Both the position numbers and the translations under genes were made by a program. A DNA stretch of 63,778 nucleotides, the filler included, from Choristocarpus tenellus KU-1152 (Eukaryota > Protista > Phaeophyceae): assembly GCA_964200185.2 (NCBI GenBank). It is 5 parts of 5 records of this genome, joined end to end, with 100 filler letters (N's around TTAATTAATTAA, not from the genome) between each part and the next. Parts side by side here need not be neighbours in the genome. Positions count along the whole stretch, not along the records: positions 49,189 to 58,494 come from CAXNAD020003795.1; positions 58,595 to 63,778 come from CAXNAD020011581.1; 3 more parts are not named here. One strand, written 5' to 3'. Under the pieces are notes generated by a model. That model saw only the letters and a program-made list of their open reading frames with translations, made no database searches and had not been told where the DNA came from. Positions 50,559 through 62,572 of this stretch are shown in pieces (the stretch's first letter is position 1; each line of letters starts with the position of its first letter).

Positions 50559-53111
50559 ATTAGCCTGCCTCGCTACACTATTGAAACCGGAACTCCAATT
50601 ATACCTAGCTAACTATATTTCAAAGTTCATCAACGTCATTGCTCTAGACCTTCGCCTTTTGTCCGAATATGTTGATGGAACTACGTGTAGAAGACCAATG
50701 TATGGCTGTGTTCCTCATTGGTACGAAACCAACGTATGCCCACACTTCGCCACCAAATGGCCTATTAACTTGACTTAGAGGGAAGAACATTGCCGTGCCC
50801 ATCAAATTTGCAAGTTCCTGTTGGAGAAAGACCTTCAACCGAACTCGGCCCTATGCCCTACGCCTATTCATGAAAGCAAATCTAATCTGGCCATGAACCA
50901 TAGATGGTACAAGTCATTACACCTGCTGCAATTCTCGCGCCAAAGCCTCGTCCCTTAATATTTGTGCCTCCACAGCTGACAAGGACATCCTCTTTGTCAA
51001 GGGACTGGGGCAAGGTAGCCCCTTGACAAACCAAATCCACTCCCTCCTTAATCAAAGCAAGTTACCAAACAGTAGAACAACAGCTTACAGCGCAGGTTCC
51101 CTCCTCTCGAAGGAACACACCCGTCAACAAGCCAGCCGATTCAGAAGGAACTCAGCCGTGGAGAAAAACAAGTTGCCTCAAAAAGGTCAACACAATGGTT
51201 CAAAGAAGGAGAAAGACCTTTAACAAACAAACCTGATTAGATCACTTCACAACACCATCGCGTGTTTGTACTTTCCACGATATTTTCCGCGCGAATCGTG
51301 TGTTGCATGTAACTCAACAGATCAACAAACTTTTCTTGATCTACTCTAACCAATTGAAGGTGGGATCTCACCAACATTGACAGGGTGGGTCGTGGTATGG
51401 ACATGTTGAGACAGTGGAAGCTCATGGACCAGCCCTGCTGCAACACATTGGTACCATTTTTTAGTGCCCGACCAGCCCACGACCTGGTGTGGATAATCAA
51501 CATGCTTTTATTTACGTACGCCTTCAGTCACAAGCTTCGTCATGAATGAGAAGTGCGTTTAGATTGAACGGAATCGGAGAGCATTGGCATCTTAACATAA
51601 AAAAATTCAAAGTTTCCACGATCTAGTCTGCATCCAGGTCTAGTTACAATCTTTGACGTCCCTGCCTGGCTTGGAAATAATAATTACCCAGAAAATATTG
51701 GAACCCTATCCGTCCAGTTGACCATGTTGGTTTGAAACTTGGGATATATATTAAAACTGGTCTGGACATACACTAAACAACGCAGAAAACAAAGATTATT
51801 GCAGAGTGGATCGTAGCTTTCTTCAACACGCAAATACAACCTGTTTTGGAGGTGAGATGGAGGCCCTTCTTCGATATTTTGCTTTCTGCGAGCGCTTTCG
51901 ACACGTTATTAATGAATGTTAGGAGTATTAACTAAAAACCAAACGCGTACCTAGCGCTTTGGCTCTGCACTCATTAGATTATGAACCTATAACCAAGGGA
52001 GTGAGTGAATATGGACGAGTTTCCAATCTCACTCCCCCACCCTCCTCAACCCACCCAACCAAACCACCAAGATTGCCACGTTTTGAATTCTGGGATTTGT
52101 TATCGTGGGGGTATTCCTAGAATAGAAGAGCCTAGCATTAACCTCTACCAAATCTATGTTGAACACAACACCATAGCATCAGTCCGACAATAACTAATAA
52201 ATGGGATCACATCTATAGACAACTCGTGTTCAAAATTTGACTGACAAAATAGAAAAGTTGAGATAATTAAACTACTGCAACAGTGTAAAATAAAGCAAAT
52301 ACACGAACAAACTCTAAATTCTTGGCCGATCAAACTTCGGTTAAAGAGAAAAGCATGTATGTATATAAAATAATGGCGGTGTATGGGTTGGAGGAGAGTA
52401 CCTTTCTACAACCATCACCTATCCACTAGTTTCTGACTGGCAAGTAACTAATAAATATACGTCAAACAAAGAAAATTGTGTAGTCCTGGGAACATAGTTA
52501 CAATTTTTTGCCACATGCAACTTAGAGGACATGAGGCATTTTAACACCATAAATTATTTGAACTTGATGACCAGATCCTGGCAGCATGCCAAGGCCCATA
52601 ACATAGAGAGAAGCGAGCCATCCTTAGTAGAAAATAGTGTGGAGCAAACAGAATGTCATCCACACTCAACCAGGACCATGTTTCATACGTGTTTTTCTCT
52701 TACTACTCTGGAGTATTATTTCTATTATTATTATCTTGGGTTCAACCATCGCACCGCTTGTCCCTCTGATTTTACTTTATCAAATCTTACGCTGGAACCC
52801 CCTCAATGGTTGCTCGGTAATGAATGGAGCCTTATTGACACATCGTTCTTGGTTGGTCTTATCTTTTTGGCATAGAGACAGGAAGTAGAACAGTATAGGT
52901 GCACGCAGGAGTTCGTTACAGTAGGGTCGGAAACGAGTATAAAATTTTTTTAGTAGTAAAAGTAGTGAGGCAGCTAATACTAGTGATAGAACGGACTAGT
53001 AATTCTCACTTGATTGGATGCATGTTGAGGTCGTGTTTTGTTGTTGTAGATACATAATACAGAATACATACGTCATTCATTATCATAATTTATACTGCAC
53101 TACCTTGTTCA

Positions 53112-53381
53112 GAACCGAAGTAAACGAGAGGTACCGAGGATTTGGCGTTTTACACTTTTAACCAGAGTTTTTTTTATCTTTCGCAATTCGCCCTTGTTGT
53201 TTCTATCGATGAAGTGCTAAGTTTGACTTGAGAACGTTGATTTCTCCTTTGTTTAAAAATTTTCGACAAAATTCAGAAAATATCTTGAATGTATCTATCT
53301 GTATTAATAGGCGAATTTTGTACATACTTTTCAGGATCCTTCTTAGAATGCAACTATGGCACCTCTTGTTTACTTTGACTC
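53112..53381. mobile_element. MITE family C, complete
   Basis: TIRs GAACCGAAGTAAACGAGAGGT / ACCTCTTGTTTACTTTGACTC; shared core GCTAAGTTTGACTTGA with copies at 55386 and 55944. Confidence 0.8.
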
Positions 53382-54359
53382 ACCATGTAATAGTAGTATC
53401 GGTGATGCGTGTGGGTGAAAGATGTTACACTGTTTCTGGGATTTTTTCTGTATTCCACCCCCATCCATCTACTAATAATATACTGGATTGTTTGCATTCC
53501 AAAGTGGGTTGGAACTTTGGACCAATATTATTTCCTAGAAAAAAAAATTGTCCATCCGCTGAGTTCAGCGAGACTGAACTGAAATGTTGTTTCATCATGC
53601 ATACCGTTGTTTGTGAGAGGTGGGTAGGTTGTTAAAATTAGGTCTAATCTCATACAGTTGTCGTGCGCCTGTGCACGATCTGTTAGCATTTAGGGTATGT
53701 CGTAGCCCCTCACTCAGTGACACTATGGCGATACATCTTGTCTTTTTTTGTCGTAACCCTGTATGTTACGTGTTAACTAGTATTACTATCGTAACTCCTG
53801 CTACTAAAAAATGTACAACTAATAATATTGAAGCAATAACGGGTAGGAGGACAAATGATAGATAATAGATCGAGTGAGTGGTGTTGAAGGAAACGAGAGA
53901 GGGGGAGCCGTTAGGTCCAGGACCAACACTCGCTACGGAAAAGACTGATCAACGATTGACGCTTTCCCCACTTCATCATCACCATCCGTCTCACAAGATA
54001 AAGAACGAACAAATACATGTAGTACTGGTCGTAGTGGTAGTACCATAATGTACGTGCGATGTATGGACACGATATACACACCACACAACACATATACATA
54101 CGGCCTTTCATAGAAACATCGCATACATCAGATATCTCCTACAAAATAAAACATGAAGAACGACATCATAAAATATACTTCGAAGTACATACACAAAAGG
54201 CAGTATGTTCCGGTGGTAGTGATACATATGCACACTCACAACATACTACCACTACTACAACTTTGAACACACAACAGACTCACACATATACTATGCACAG
54301 CTTCTCTGCAACCAGCAAGAAGTAGTAGTGGGGAAAAAAAAAAATTCTGACAACTGGTA

Positions 54360-54690
54360 CAACATACGAGAATGAGTACATTGTTGTCTTTGAACAACTT
54401 AGTAGATCCCAGGCAAAGTGAAGTGACCCAAACTAATTCCTGAGCAGTAAGTGATATCTCCACCACTGCATTCACCGTTCTCCCACCATGTTGCTGAACA
54501 GGATGCACCTTCAGGTTTTGGTGCCCATCATGCTGTTGAACATCATTGCCCACCCAGACAATAACAATCAGTTGTAGCATACTTGTAGCTGTCTCGGGTT
54601 GGGTACATATTGAACCTATTGAACGGCACCCCCAATAGTCCTCCAACACGGCACACATCTCTCGCCACACTGTCCATCTATCCCCTCAGT
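54360..54690 (-). mobile_element. Possible highly degenerate Ty1/copia RNase H fragment
   Basis: Broken frames give LSGWAMMF...KT*RCILFS and TKLFKDN, weakly recalling copia SG..xM..W.S.TQ.CV.LS and xFEDN motifs. Confidence 0.25.
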
Positions 54691-55385
54691 GTGCATGGGA
54701 ATGTGAAATTCCGTAGATTTTCCTCGTTGAGATAACATTCAGTACCCCCCAATTTACAAGGAAGACCTGAGAATATGGAACCCGCAGTAAGGGTTGTGTT
54801 TAGAAAGGAAATGGAAATGATTATGGCTAGGAATTCTTCAAAACCCTGATTATAGGAGACTAGCTAATGTGGTGGGCATACTACCAGCAACATCTAGATA
54901 CAATAATGGTAAGAACCGCTACAGGGAATATACAATTGCCCAAGCAATATATACCAGGACTAGTACTTACTGTCCTGGATGTAGCAATGGAAACAAACAC
55001 CACCACCGATCATACTACCACCATGATGGATAACTGTGCTATAGTGATAAGAAGACCAACCACCGCTACTCACTTTTAATGGCAACTGCTACAACCACCA
55101 CTCAGTACAAATGAATGATGAGCAGCACTATCCATTTCAGCACTTACAAGAATGACAACGGGTGGAAATCAGATACTGTGGTTCACGAAGACCTCGTTGA
55201 GAAAAAAAGTACATATATATGTTGAAGAGGGAATGAGTAGATGCATGGAGAAGGAACAGGAGTAGACGTAGCACCGCTATCAAAGAAGAACCTGAATAAT
55301 ATAACATGTCTTCCAAGGATAATGTGAACATGGTATATTATTTACAGTGCTTTCTTGCAAGAGACGCAACTATGCAATGTGAAGA

Positions 55386-55912
55386 GAGCCAAAACAAATT
55401 ATGGGCACCCGTTTTTTTTGGGGTCGTTTTGCATTTATAAGTCAAGTTTTTTAAACTTTTGCAATTCATCGATGTATCTATGGATGAAGTGCTAAGTTTG
55501 ACTTGAAAGGGTTGATTTCTCTAATGCTTGAAAGTTTACGATTTATCTTTGGAAAATATCCTACACCCATTTTCGAAAAAAAGAAGCACATATTTGCTGG
55601 CATCCGAGTCATAGTATCTTAGAGGGTAGAGCCGCGTCCGTCTGGGGGACAAAATCCAATGCTGCGATCTTGATGTAATTTTGACTGTAGTAGTATTTGT
55701 TAGGAAGTATCAAAATCATTGTTCCGGACACACCATTTAATAACGTACACATTATACCTACTTCAAAATATTTTGGAGTAGGTAAAAAGTCATAAAAAAA
55801 CCCGTGGGGAGCCAAGCCCCAAACGGACAAACAGGACAAAACTCGTACCCTCTAAGATACTTTAACTCGTCCTTAAAATACAACTCTGAGTATCTCTCAT
55901 TCAATTTGACTC
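55386..55912. mobile_element. MITE family C copy interrupted by a complete family B copy (55606-55868)
   Basis: C-type sequence ...GCATCC | B element | GTCCTTAA...TTTGACTC; the uninterrupted copy reads GCATCCTTAA at 56155. Confidence 0.85.
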
Positions 55913-55943
55913 TGAACATCCATGACTAACAATATCAGTACTA

Positions 55944-56200
55944 AACAAAAGTCAACGAGAGGTACCCAGGTTTTGGTCGTTTTGCATTTTAAGCCAGTTT
56001 TTCAACCTTTTGCAATTCATCCATATTTCTATGGATTATGCGCTAAGTTTGACTTGAGGGCATTGGTAATTATATTGTTTGAGATTTTCGGAGAGAAATT
56101 GAGAAAATATCCTATACATATTAGTAAAGAAAATGATTTTGAACACATTTGTCAGCATCCTTAAGATGCAACTCTGGTTTCCTCTCGTTTACTTTGACTC
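55944..56200. mobile_element. MITE family C copy
   Basis: AACAAAAGTCAACGAGAGG ... CCTCTCGTTTACTTTGACTC, ACTA on both flanks. Confidence 0.8.
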
Positions 56201-56224
56201 ACTACTACCAACCAACCCGCAATA

Positions 56225-57890
56225 TTAAGCTTCAAGTTGTGGAGGCCTATCTACATCCTACTTGATGCTGGATGTATCTAACGCCAAAGGTTCATCAAAC
56301 ATCATTAACACAATCACAAGAACACTCCCTCAAACTGCCGTCCTCACCTAGGTCTGCAGCAACCCGTCCAGCTTGTTGAGAGATGTGGCCACACCTGGCT
56401 CTGGACCCAGCACCTTCTCCCTCGACATAAGAGACCAACTGGTGCAACGGAAGCGCCTCATCATAGTTTCCCTGTGAGGGAACCGTACATGTGCTTGTAT
56501 ATCAGTACAATCCCCAACAACACACAATCTAACATCGTAAATACTCAAAATCGGCACCCTAGCTATGCCTGTGTAATTTGTATCAGGTCTTTCCCTCTAC
56601 CTATGCATAGGTACTTATATGAATCACACAATCATCTAAACAGTGATCAGAGTAAGATCATCTTCTGTGTACGCATTATGTTGCACACACTCTGCCTGTG
56701 CGCATCGAACCTGTATCAGAGAAAGGAGATTTCCAACACCTGGACAGCCAATGAGACATGTGTCTTGGGTCAACTACACCCCATGCCGTACAGACTTATC
56801 AACATCCTACTTGATGAAGTAGGTATCTAATATCAAAGGTTCATTGAGCATTAACAATGCAGCCACAAGAACGTTTCCTCGCCTGGTTCTCCAGCAATAG
56901 CACCAGATAGCTGAGACATGTGGCCACATTTGTGTGCTCTGGCCCCAGCACCTTCTCCCTGATGGCAAGAAACCGCATGAAGTACCTCGTCATAGTTACC
57001 CTGTGAGGAAGCAACGCTTGTGTTTGTACGTCAGTGGAATTCCCAACAACCCATAATCTAAAATCACAAATATGCAAGTTAACCACTCTATCTATGCCTG
57101 CAAATGTTGTATCAAGTATTCCCTTTAACTACGAATAGGTAAGAATATGGATTGCACAATCTTCTGGAGAGTGTCAGGGCAAGACTATCGATGGTGTATG
57201 CATTATACTGCACACACTCTACCCGTGTGCATTAAAACTGTTTCGGAATAAGGTTCCAGCACCTAGACAGTCACTGATGTGTGTCTTGGGTACAAATTCC
57301 ACATCATTCTATGCAGACCTTTCTACATGCTACTTGATGCTGGATGAATCTACCAACAAAGGTTCATTAAACATCAACAACAGAGTCAACAAGAACATTC
57401 CTCAAAACTACCTTCCTCGCCTGGTCCTGCACCACCCCTGCGAGGTTGCTGAAAGCTGTGGCCATATCTGGGTGCTCTGGACCCAGCACCTTCTCCCTCA
57501 TGGCAAGAGACCGTTTAAACAACGGAAGAGCCTCGTCATAGTTGCCCTGTGAGGGAACGCGCAAATGCTTGTATGTCAGTGGAATCCCCAACAACACACA
57601 ATTTATTTTCATAGACACGCAAGTTCACTACCCTAGCTTTGCCCGTATATATTGAACCGTAAACTTCTACCTATACATAGGTATGTATATGGATCGCACA
57701 ACCAGCCAAAGTGCGTTAGGTCAAGGCAATCTACACCGTATTATACTATATGCTGTACACACTCTACCTGCGCATCAAACTTGTACCGAAGAAAGGAGAT
57801 TTCCGACACCTAGACAGCCAATAACATGTGTTTTGGGTGCAAATTCCACCCCATACTCTGCAGACCCTCCTGCATCCTACTTGATGTAAC
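56225..57890. repeat. Tandem ~530-546-nt intron+TPR-exon cassettes (three exons, four homologous intron segments)
   Basis: Intron motifs TACTTGATG, AAAGGTTCAT, CAAGAAC, CCTGTGAGG, CCCAACAAC, GCACACACTCT and CACCT(A/G)GACAG recur in register; exon starts 546 and 529 nt apart. Confidence 0.92.
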
Positions 57891-58388
57891 CAGAAATCCA
57901 TCTTCCCTTGGAAATGATATTTGAACTAGGGAGAGATGCCCTTACCTGCCTGACCTCAACTTGCGGAAGTGATCCAGCAGCTTGGCTTGCTTTGCCCAGT
58001 ACGTCCAGAGCTTCATCCATCGTCATGTTTCCAACCTCAGTGACCGGAGTACCAAATATGGGAGCAATCACAGACCTCTGACGGGTTGTAACAAGAATAC
58101 AACAGCCTGTACTGATGAAGCCTTGGCATCCCACACATCGTCCATCACAATCAGGCACCTCAACCCGTTTCGTTGACACGCCTTAGACATTTGTCGAGCA
58201 GCTTCTTCAGCTCCAGAGAACTCGTGAGGATACTGATAAGGCTTGTTCATAGGACCTGAGGCCAAGTAGCGTGCTGAACCTACGACATGATCGTGGAGGC
58301 ATTTCTTCCCCTGTTGCCTCCACGATATTGCCACGCAAAAATGGATGAGCGCTACTACCTCATTGCGTGTCACTGTTGCTCCTTTCAT
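56348..58388 (-). pseudogene. NB-ARC-TPR (NLR-like STAND NTPase) gene remnant with three kinesin-light-chain-type TPR exons
   Basis: NB-ARC kinase-2 LIVMDDVWD and RNBS-B ILVTTR lie in different frames; donor CAG|GTAAG at 57946/57945. TPR exons 57546-57421 (126 nt, GNYDEALPLFKRSLAMREKVLGPEHPDMATAFSNLAGVVQDQ), 57000-56883 (118 nt, frameshifted), 56471-56348 (124 nt, frameshifted, terminal CAG changed to TAG). Confidence 0.85.
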
Positions 58389-58424
58389 TCTATATCGAAC
58401 AATCCCTTCACCATGCTAAGCACT

Positions 58425-58494
58425 GGCTCAAATTATCTGGGGAGGGGGGGGGGGTCTACACCAGGGTGTCCATTCGGGCCCTGACCAGGAAAAG
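58425..58494. mobile_element. MITE family D left end at contig end
   Basis: GGCTCAAATTATCTGGGG, G-run, GGTCTACACCAGGGTGTCCATT...CAGGAAAAG. Confidence 0.75.
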
Positions 58495-58594
58495 NNNNNN
58501 NNNNNNNNNNNNNNNNNNNNNNNNNNNNNNNNNNNNNNTTAATTAATTAANNNNNNNNNNNNNNNNNNNNNNNNNNNNNNNNNNNNNNNNNNNN
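58495..58594. other. Artificial contig linker
   Basis: N44-TTAATTAATTAA-N44. Confidence 0.97.
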
Positions 58595-58676
58595 CCCCTT
58601 CCCCGTTCGCTTTCTTCCTCTTTATTCTTTTCTCGCCCCCCCCCCCCCCCCCCCCCCCCGCCCACTGTTAAACCAG

Positions 58677-59819
58677 CGGGACAACCTGATCGCCCACTAA
58701 GGCTTTCGGAAGACTGGTGAGTTATTTTGTGTGTGGAGGTTGTGTACGGAATGGATCTGCGGGGTGCTTTTAATGATGTTGGTACTGATGATCTCCGTCT
58801 GAAAGGAACGGGCTTCTCTGTTTCGTAATTGGGAGAGGTAAAATACGTTAATGCAAACGTGTAGTGAGGTGACTGTTATTTTTTTTAATTCAGTGGCATT
58901 TTTTGTTGTTTATTTTGTTAATGATTTGATTATTTTTTATTCTTTTTACGAGGTGATACAATAGCGCAAACTATCCTCTTTTTTTTTAGGTTGTAGAGTG
59001 TTGACCTCGAAAAGATCCAAGTGTATATTTGAACAACATTTTGCAAAGCAGTGAAGAACACGATACTCTGTATGTATTTTTCTGGTTGGAATAGCTCTTT
59101 GGGTTAGGGGCATGTGTTTGGGTTTTTCTGAAGGGAGTATTGTTTTCCCAGTAGGTATGACACGATGCACTGACTTAAAGCATGTGCGACAAGCTGCATG
59201 CAAAACAAGTATTGTATGCTAAATACACATACACATAAGTACGTAAATACATATACACATAATACATATATACATAATACATATATATACACACTTACAT
59301 ACACGCATAAATATATACATACATACACACATAAATATATACATACATACATACACACTATTATTAATTTCACGCCCGTATTCTACATAGTGTTCAAGCA
59401 TCAAATTGTTTTAGTTCAAAGCAGTAGTGTAGTACACACTTAACACGATAAAAGCGACTTGGGAATTTTCCTTGTGGGGTACAGTGGTTGTGAAAGAGAC
59501 CATCAACATTCATCTGCCAAAAAAAAAAGATTCCCTGCTTTTTTTGGCAAAGACAGTTACGGCCTAAATTTGATTACACTGTTGCCTGCTCTTCTCAGTT
59601 TCCTCGCCCCTGGTGTAGAGACTAGGGTTAGGGTTGAGATTTCACTGTGCACTGATGATGGGGTTTTAGTTGTTGGTGGGGGTACTTTGCTGCCTGGTGT
59701 TGTGGTTGGCGGAGGGCTATATAGAGCATTTTCTTCTATCTCGGTGAAGCTTTTCCTCTTTTTCTCTTGGTGATGGGTCATCCCCGTAGAAGTGTGTGCT
59801 CTTGCTCCACCGGCCGGAG

Positions 59820-59850
<31 letters not shown>

Positions 59851-60479
59851 CTGTTGTTGTTGTTGGTGGTGGTGGTGGTGGCGTCGTTAAATCGAGGTTT
59901 GGAATGGAAGGAAGTTTTTTTGTTTTTGTTTGTTTTTTGTTTTTGAGCGGCGAGGACGATGCAGAAGAGGCGGCACGGCAGAAGAGGAAGGGAGCCTGTG
60001 AGGGCAACAAAGATGCGCTGCGTTTGCAGTGACATTGGATGGAGTGCACTTGGTGTTGAGGAGTTGTTTTGGGGTGCTCTCGATGGTCCCTTGAAGTTCT
60101 GCGCTTGTCTTGGGGAAGGCTGCTGTTTCTCATTCCCCACAACTGGGAGGGCCTCCTTTGTTTGATTGTGGGGGAGGGGTTTCTGGTATAGCCTTTCAGT
60201 CCGCAGTTGTATTCGAAGGGTTGTTTTCACGTGTGTCAGCGCTTGAGTTGTGTTCAGTTTGGGTCAAGGCGTGCAAGTAACAAGCGGCGAAATGGCAAGA
60301 GCCATGCATGAAGATGGTGCACATAAGATGCTGTTATTGTTCCCGTTATTTTGTGAAAACTGCTTGGAAGAACGTGAGTACGGATCGACGCTTTTTTCGT
60401 TCTACTTTCCAAGTATGTATACTTTAACATGTATGCACGCGCACTAGATAGGGTTAGGGTTATATTTGAGCAAGTAGGT

Positions 60480-60514
<35 letters not shown>

Positions 60515-60877
60515 TGTCACACATTCATTTACAACTTGTTAGTAACACTGCTAGTATTGTATTGGGCCTGCAGGCGTATTGCGTCATGAGTGTGCACACA
60601 CCTCCTCACAACAATAGTCAAGGGGATCCTGAATGGATCGGTCCTTGATATTTCCATTGTCATTACCACATCCATTTTGCAACAATACCAAAGCAAAAAG
60701 AGTGGGATTTGTTGTTCGGCCTGCCCTTGCCCCATAGTCTGTTCCTGAATATATGGACTCCCCCTGGGACAAAGAGGGGGGGCAATCTCCCTGTGATGGT
60801 ATGGCTGTATGGGGGTGGGTTTCAGCATGGAGCTTCTTCTCATCCAGAGTACATCGGTGACAGACTGGCGGAGAGAG
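58677..60877 (+). CDS. Type-B carboxylesterase/cholinesterase-family protein, two internal exons
   Basis: Exon 58677-58716 (GQPDRPLRLSED-TG|GTGAGT) joined to exon 60738-60877 restores SEDCLFLNIWTP...LPVMVWLYGGGFQHG, the family signature. The second exon probably ends at a GC donor (AG|GCAAG). Remainder not found in window. Confidence 0.88.
59821..59882. repeat. (GTT)n(GGT)n trinucleotide run in esterase intron
   Basis: Direct reading. Confidence 0.93.
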
Positions 60878-61219
60878 GCAAGGATACAAAGAATGCTTTT
60901 GCTTTGCTTGTGTGCACATTTTTGGGGGCGGATTGTAGGTTGTGATGTGGGATGTTCAGGTGGGTTGGGTTGATGGATTGATGGATGTGCCATGGAGCTT
61001 TGGGCCTTGATTGTGCTGGTTGGGTGGGAGATGTATGCTAGGTGCATATGCATAGTGAATGGACCGTTATGCATTGTGTGTCCTCTTGATGCCCCCCCTT
61101 GTGTCACTTCTTTACTTTGCTTCAAATTATATCTTGGTTTTATTTTGGTCTTTGCTCTCTCCCCTTATGCTACTACCTCTTGGCCGCAGGTCTGTGACTT
61201 CTCAGACTGTTGAAGATAA

Positions 61220-61494
61220 GAGCCAACGTATCTTAGAGGGTAGAGTCGCGTCAATTTGGGGGCCAAAATCCAATATTGCGATTTTGATATAATTTTGGTC
61301 ATTGTGTTTGTTAGGAAGTGTCAATATCCTTGTTTCGGGCGCAACTTTTCATAACATATACATTATACATTATACATTTAAACTGCTCCTAAACATTTTG
61401 GAGTAGGAAAACGTCATAAAAGAAACCATGGGAAGCCAAGCCCCCAAATGGACCAAACAGGGCAAAACTCGTACCCTCTAAGATGCTTTCACTC
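61220..61494. mobile_element. MITE family B, complete
   Basis: GAGCCAACGTATCTTAGAGGGTA ... TACCCTCTAAGATGCTTTCACTC; flanks ATAA/AGAA. Confidence 0.85.
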
Positions 61495-61826
61495 AGAATA
61501 TTGTGACATCATAGTGAGGTTGAAGCGGTTCATGCACCACACGGGGAGCACTCAGTGTGGTTGATTCGACCCCCCAGTGGTATTTTGTGCACTAAATGCT
61601 AAGTATTGGAGTATTGTCATGGTAATCTTAGGGTGGCGTTATAGGCAGCGCATTTATACATACCACACTTCCAGTCGACAGCTCATTCACTAATCCGGAA
61701 TGTCTTGTGTCAGTCAATGTCTTGTGTCAACTTGGAAATCAGCTATGGTTTGATCGGCGCTGCATTTCGACCTTTACCTTCAACAGGTTCTTGCATAGGT
61801 ACACCTTACTGCCAACAAGCATACCA

Positions 61827-61829
<3 letters not shown>

Positions 61830-61859
<30 letters not shown>

Positions 61860-61885
61860 TGTATGTATGTATGTATGTATGTATA
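61830..61885. repeat. (TATG)n microsatellite
   Basis: Direct reading. Confidence 0.95.
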
Positions 61886-62536
61886 TATATATGTAATTTC
61901 CAGCATCATAGGAACGGTATGACTGACTGTGAGAGAAACTGATGGTGGTATATGGTGATGAGTACATTCCGTTGCCAGTATGTATGTTACGTACATTGGT
62001 GGTGTGCATACTGTGTGCTTGATTGAAATCTTCCTATTCGGCCATGAAATTTTTGGCCTGGAGGTTTTTCTACCTCGTTTGGTACCCTGGTGAAACAATA
62101 GGTGTGTAATGTGGTGCAACTAAAGTGAAGTAAACCCTATTGTACTGGTTTCAGTGGGAAGTCAGTTCAGATCGGTTTGTCAGGAGGGGGGAATATTTTG
62201 GTCTTGTCAGTTCAGAGCAGAAAAAGGTGGTGGTTTGAGGATGTATATATTTTTTTAACTTTGAAAACCTTTTGTGTGTGTGTGTTTTATTTTTTTATTG
62301 GAATGTAAGCGTGGGCATGAAATGTGCAAAAGGGAGGTGCTACAGGAATTATTTTTATTCTTCTACAGCCTGGCGGGTTCTCAACTGGTTCAGAAATTTC
62401 CTGTTTACCACCTACCTAGGAAATAGGCACTTGGTGGGTCAGTATGATGATCTGCATTTAACCCCCATAAAATGATACAAGCAATTCCACTATAACTGCT
62501 GCCAGTTTTGTCTTGGTTATACTGTACTGCTGACTA

Positions 62537-62572
62537 AACCCTAACCCTAACCCTAACCCTAACCCTAACCCT
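62537..62572. repeat. Interstitial telomere-type repeat (AACCCT)x6
   Basis: Six perfect TTAGGG-complement units. Confidence 0.93.

Noticed and set aside
49189-58494. Contig bounded by direct repeats as an LTR element or circle
   Set aside because: Both ends are copies of dispersed MITE family D, also present at 13403, 37460 and 63758.
59104-60230. YIHT, poly-N, poly-T and poly-V ORFs
   Set aside because: Microsatellite translations inside the esterase intron.
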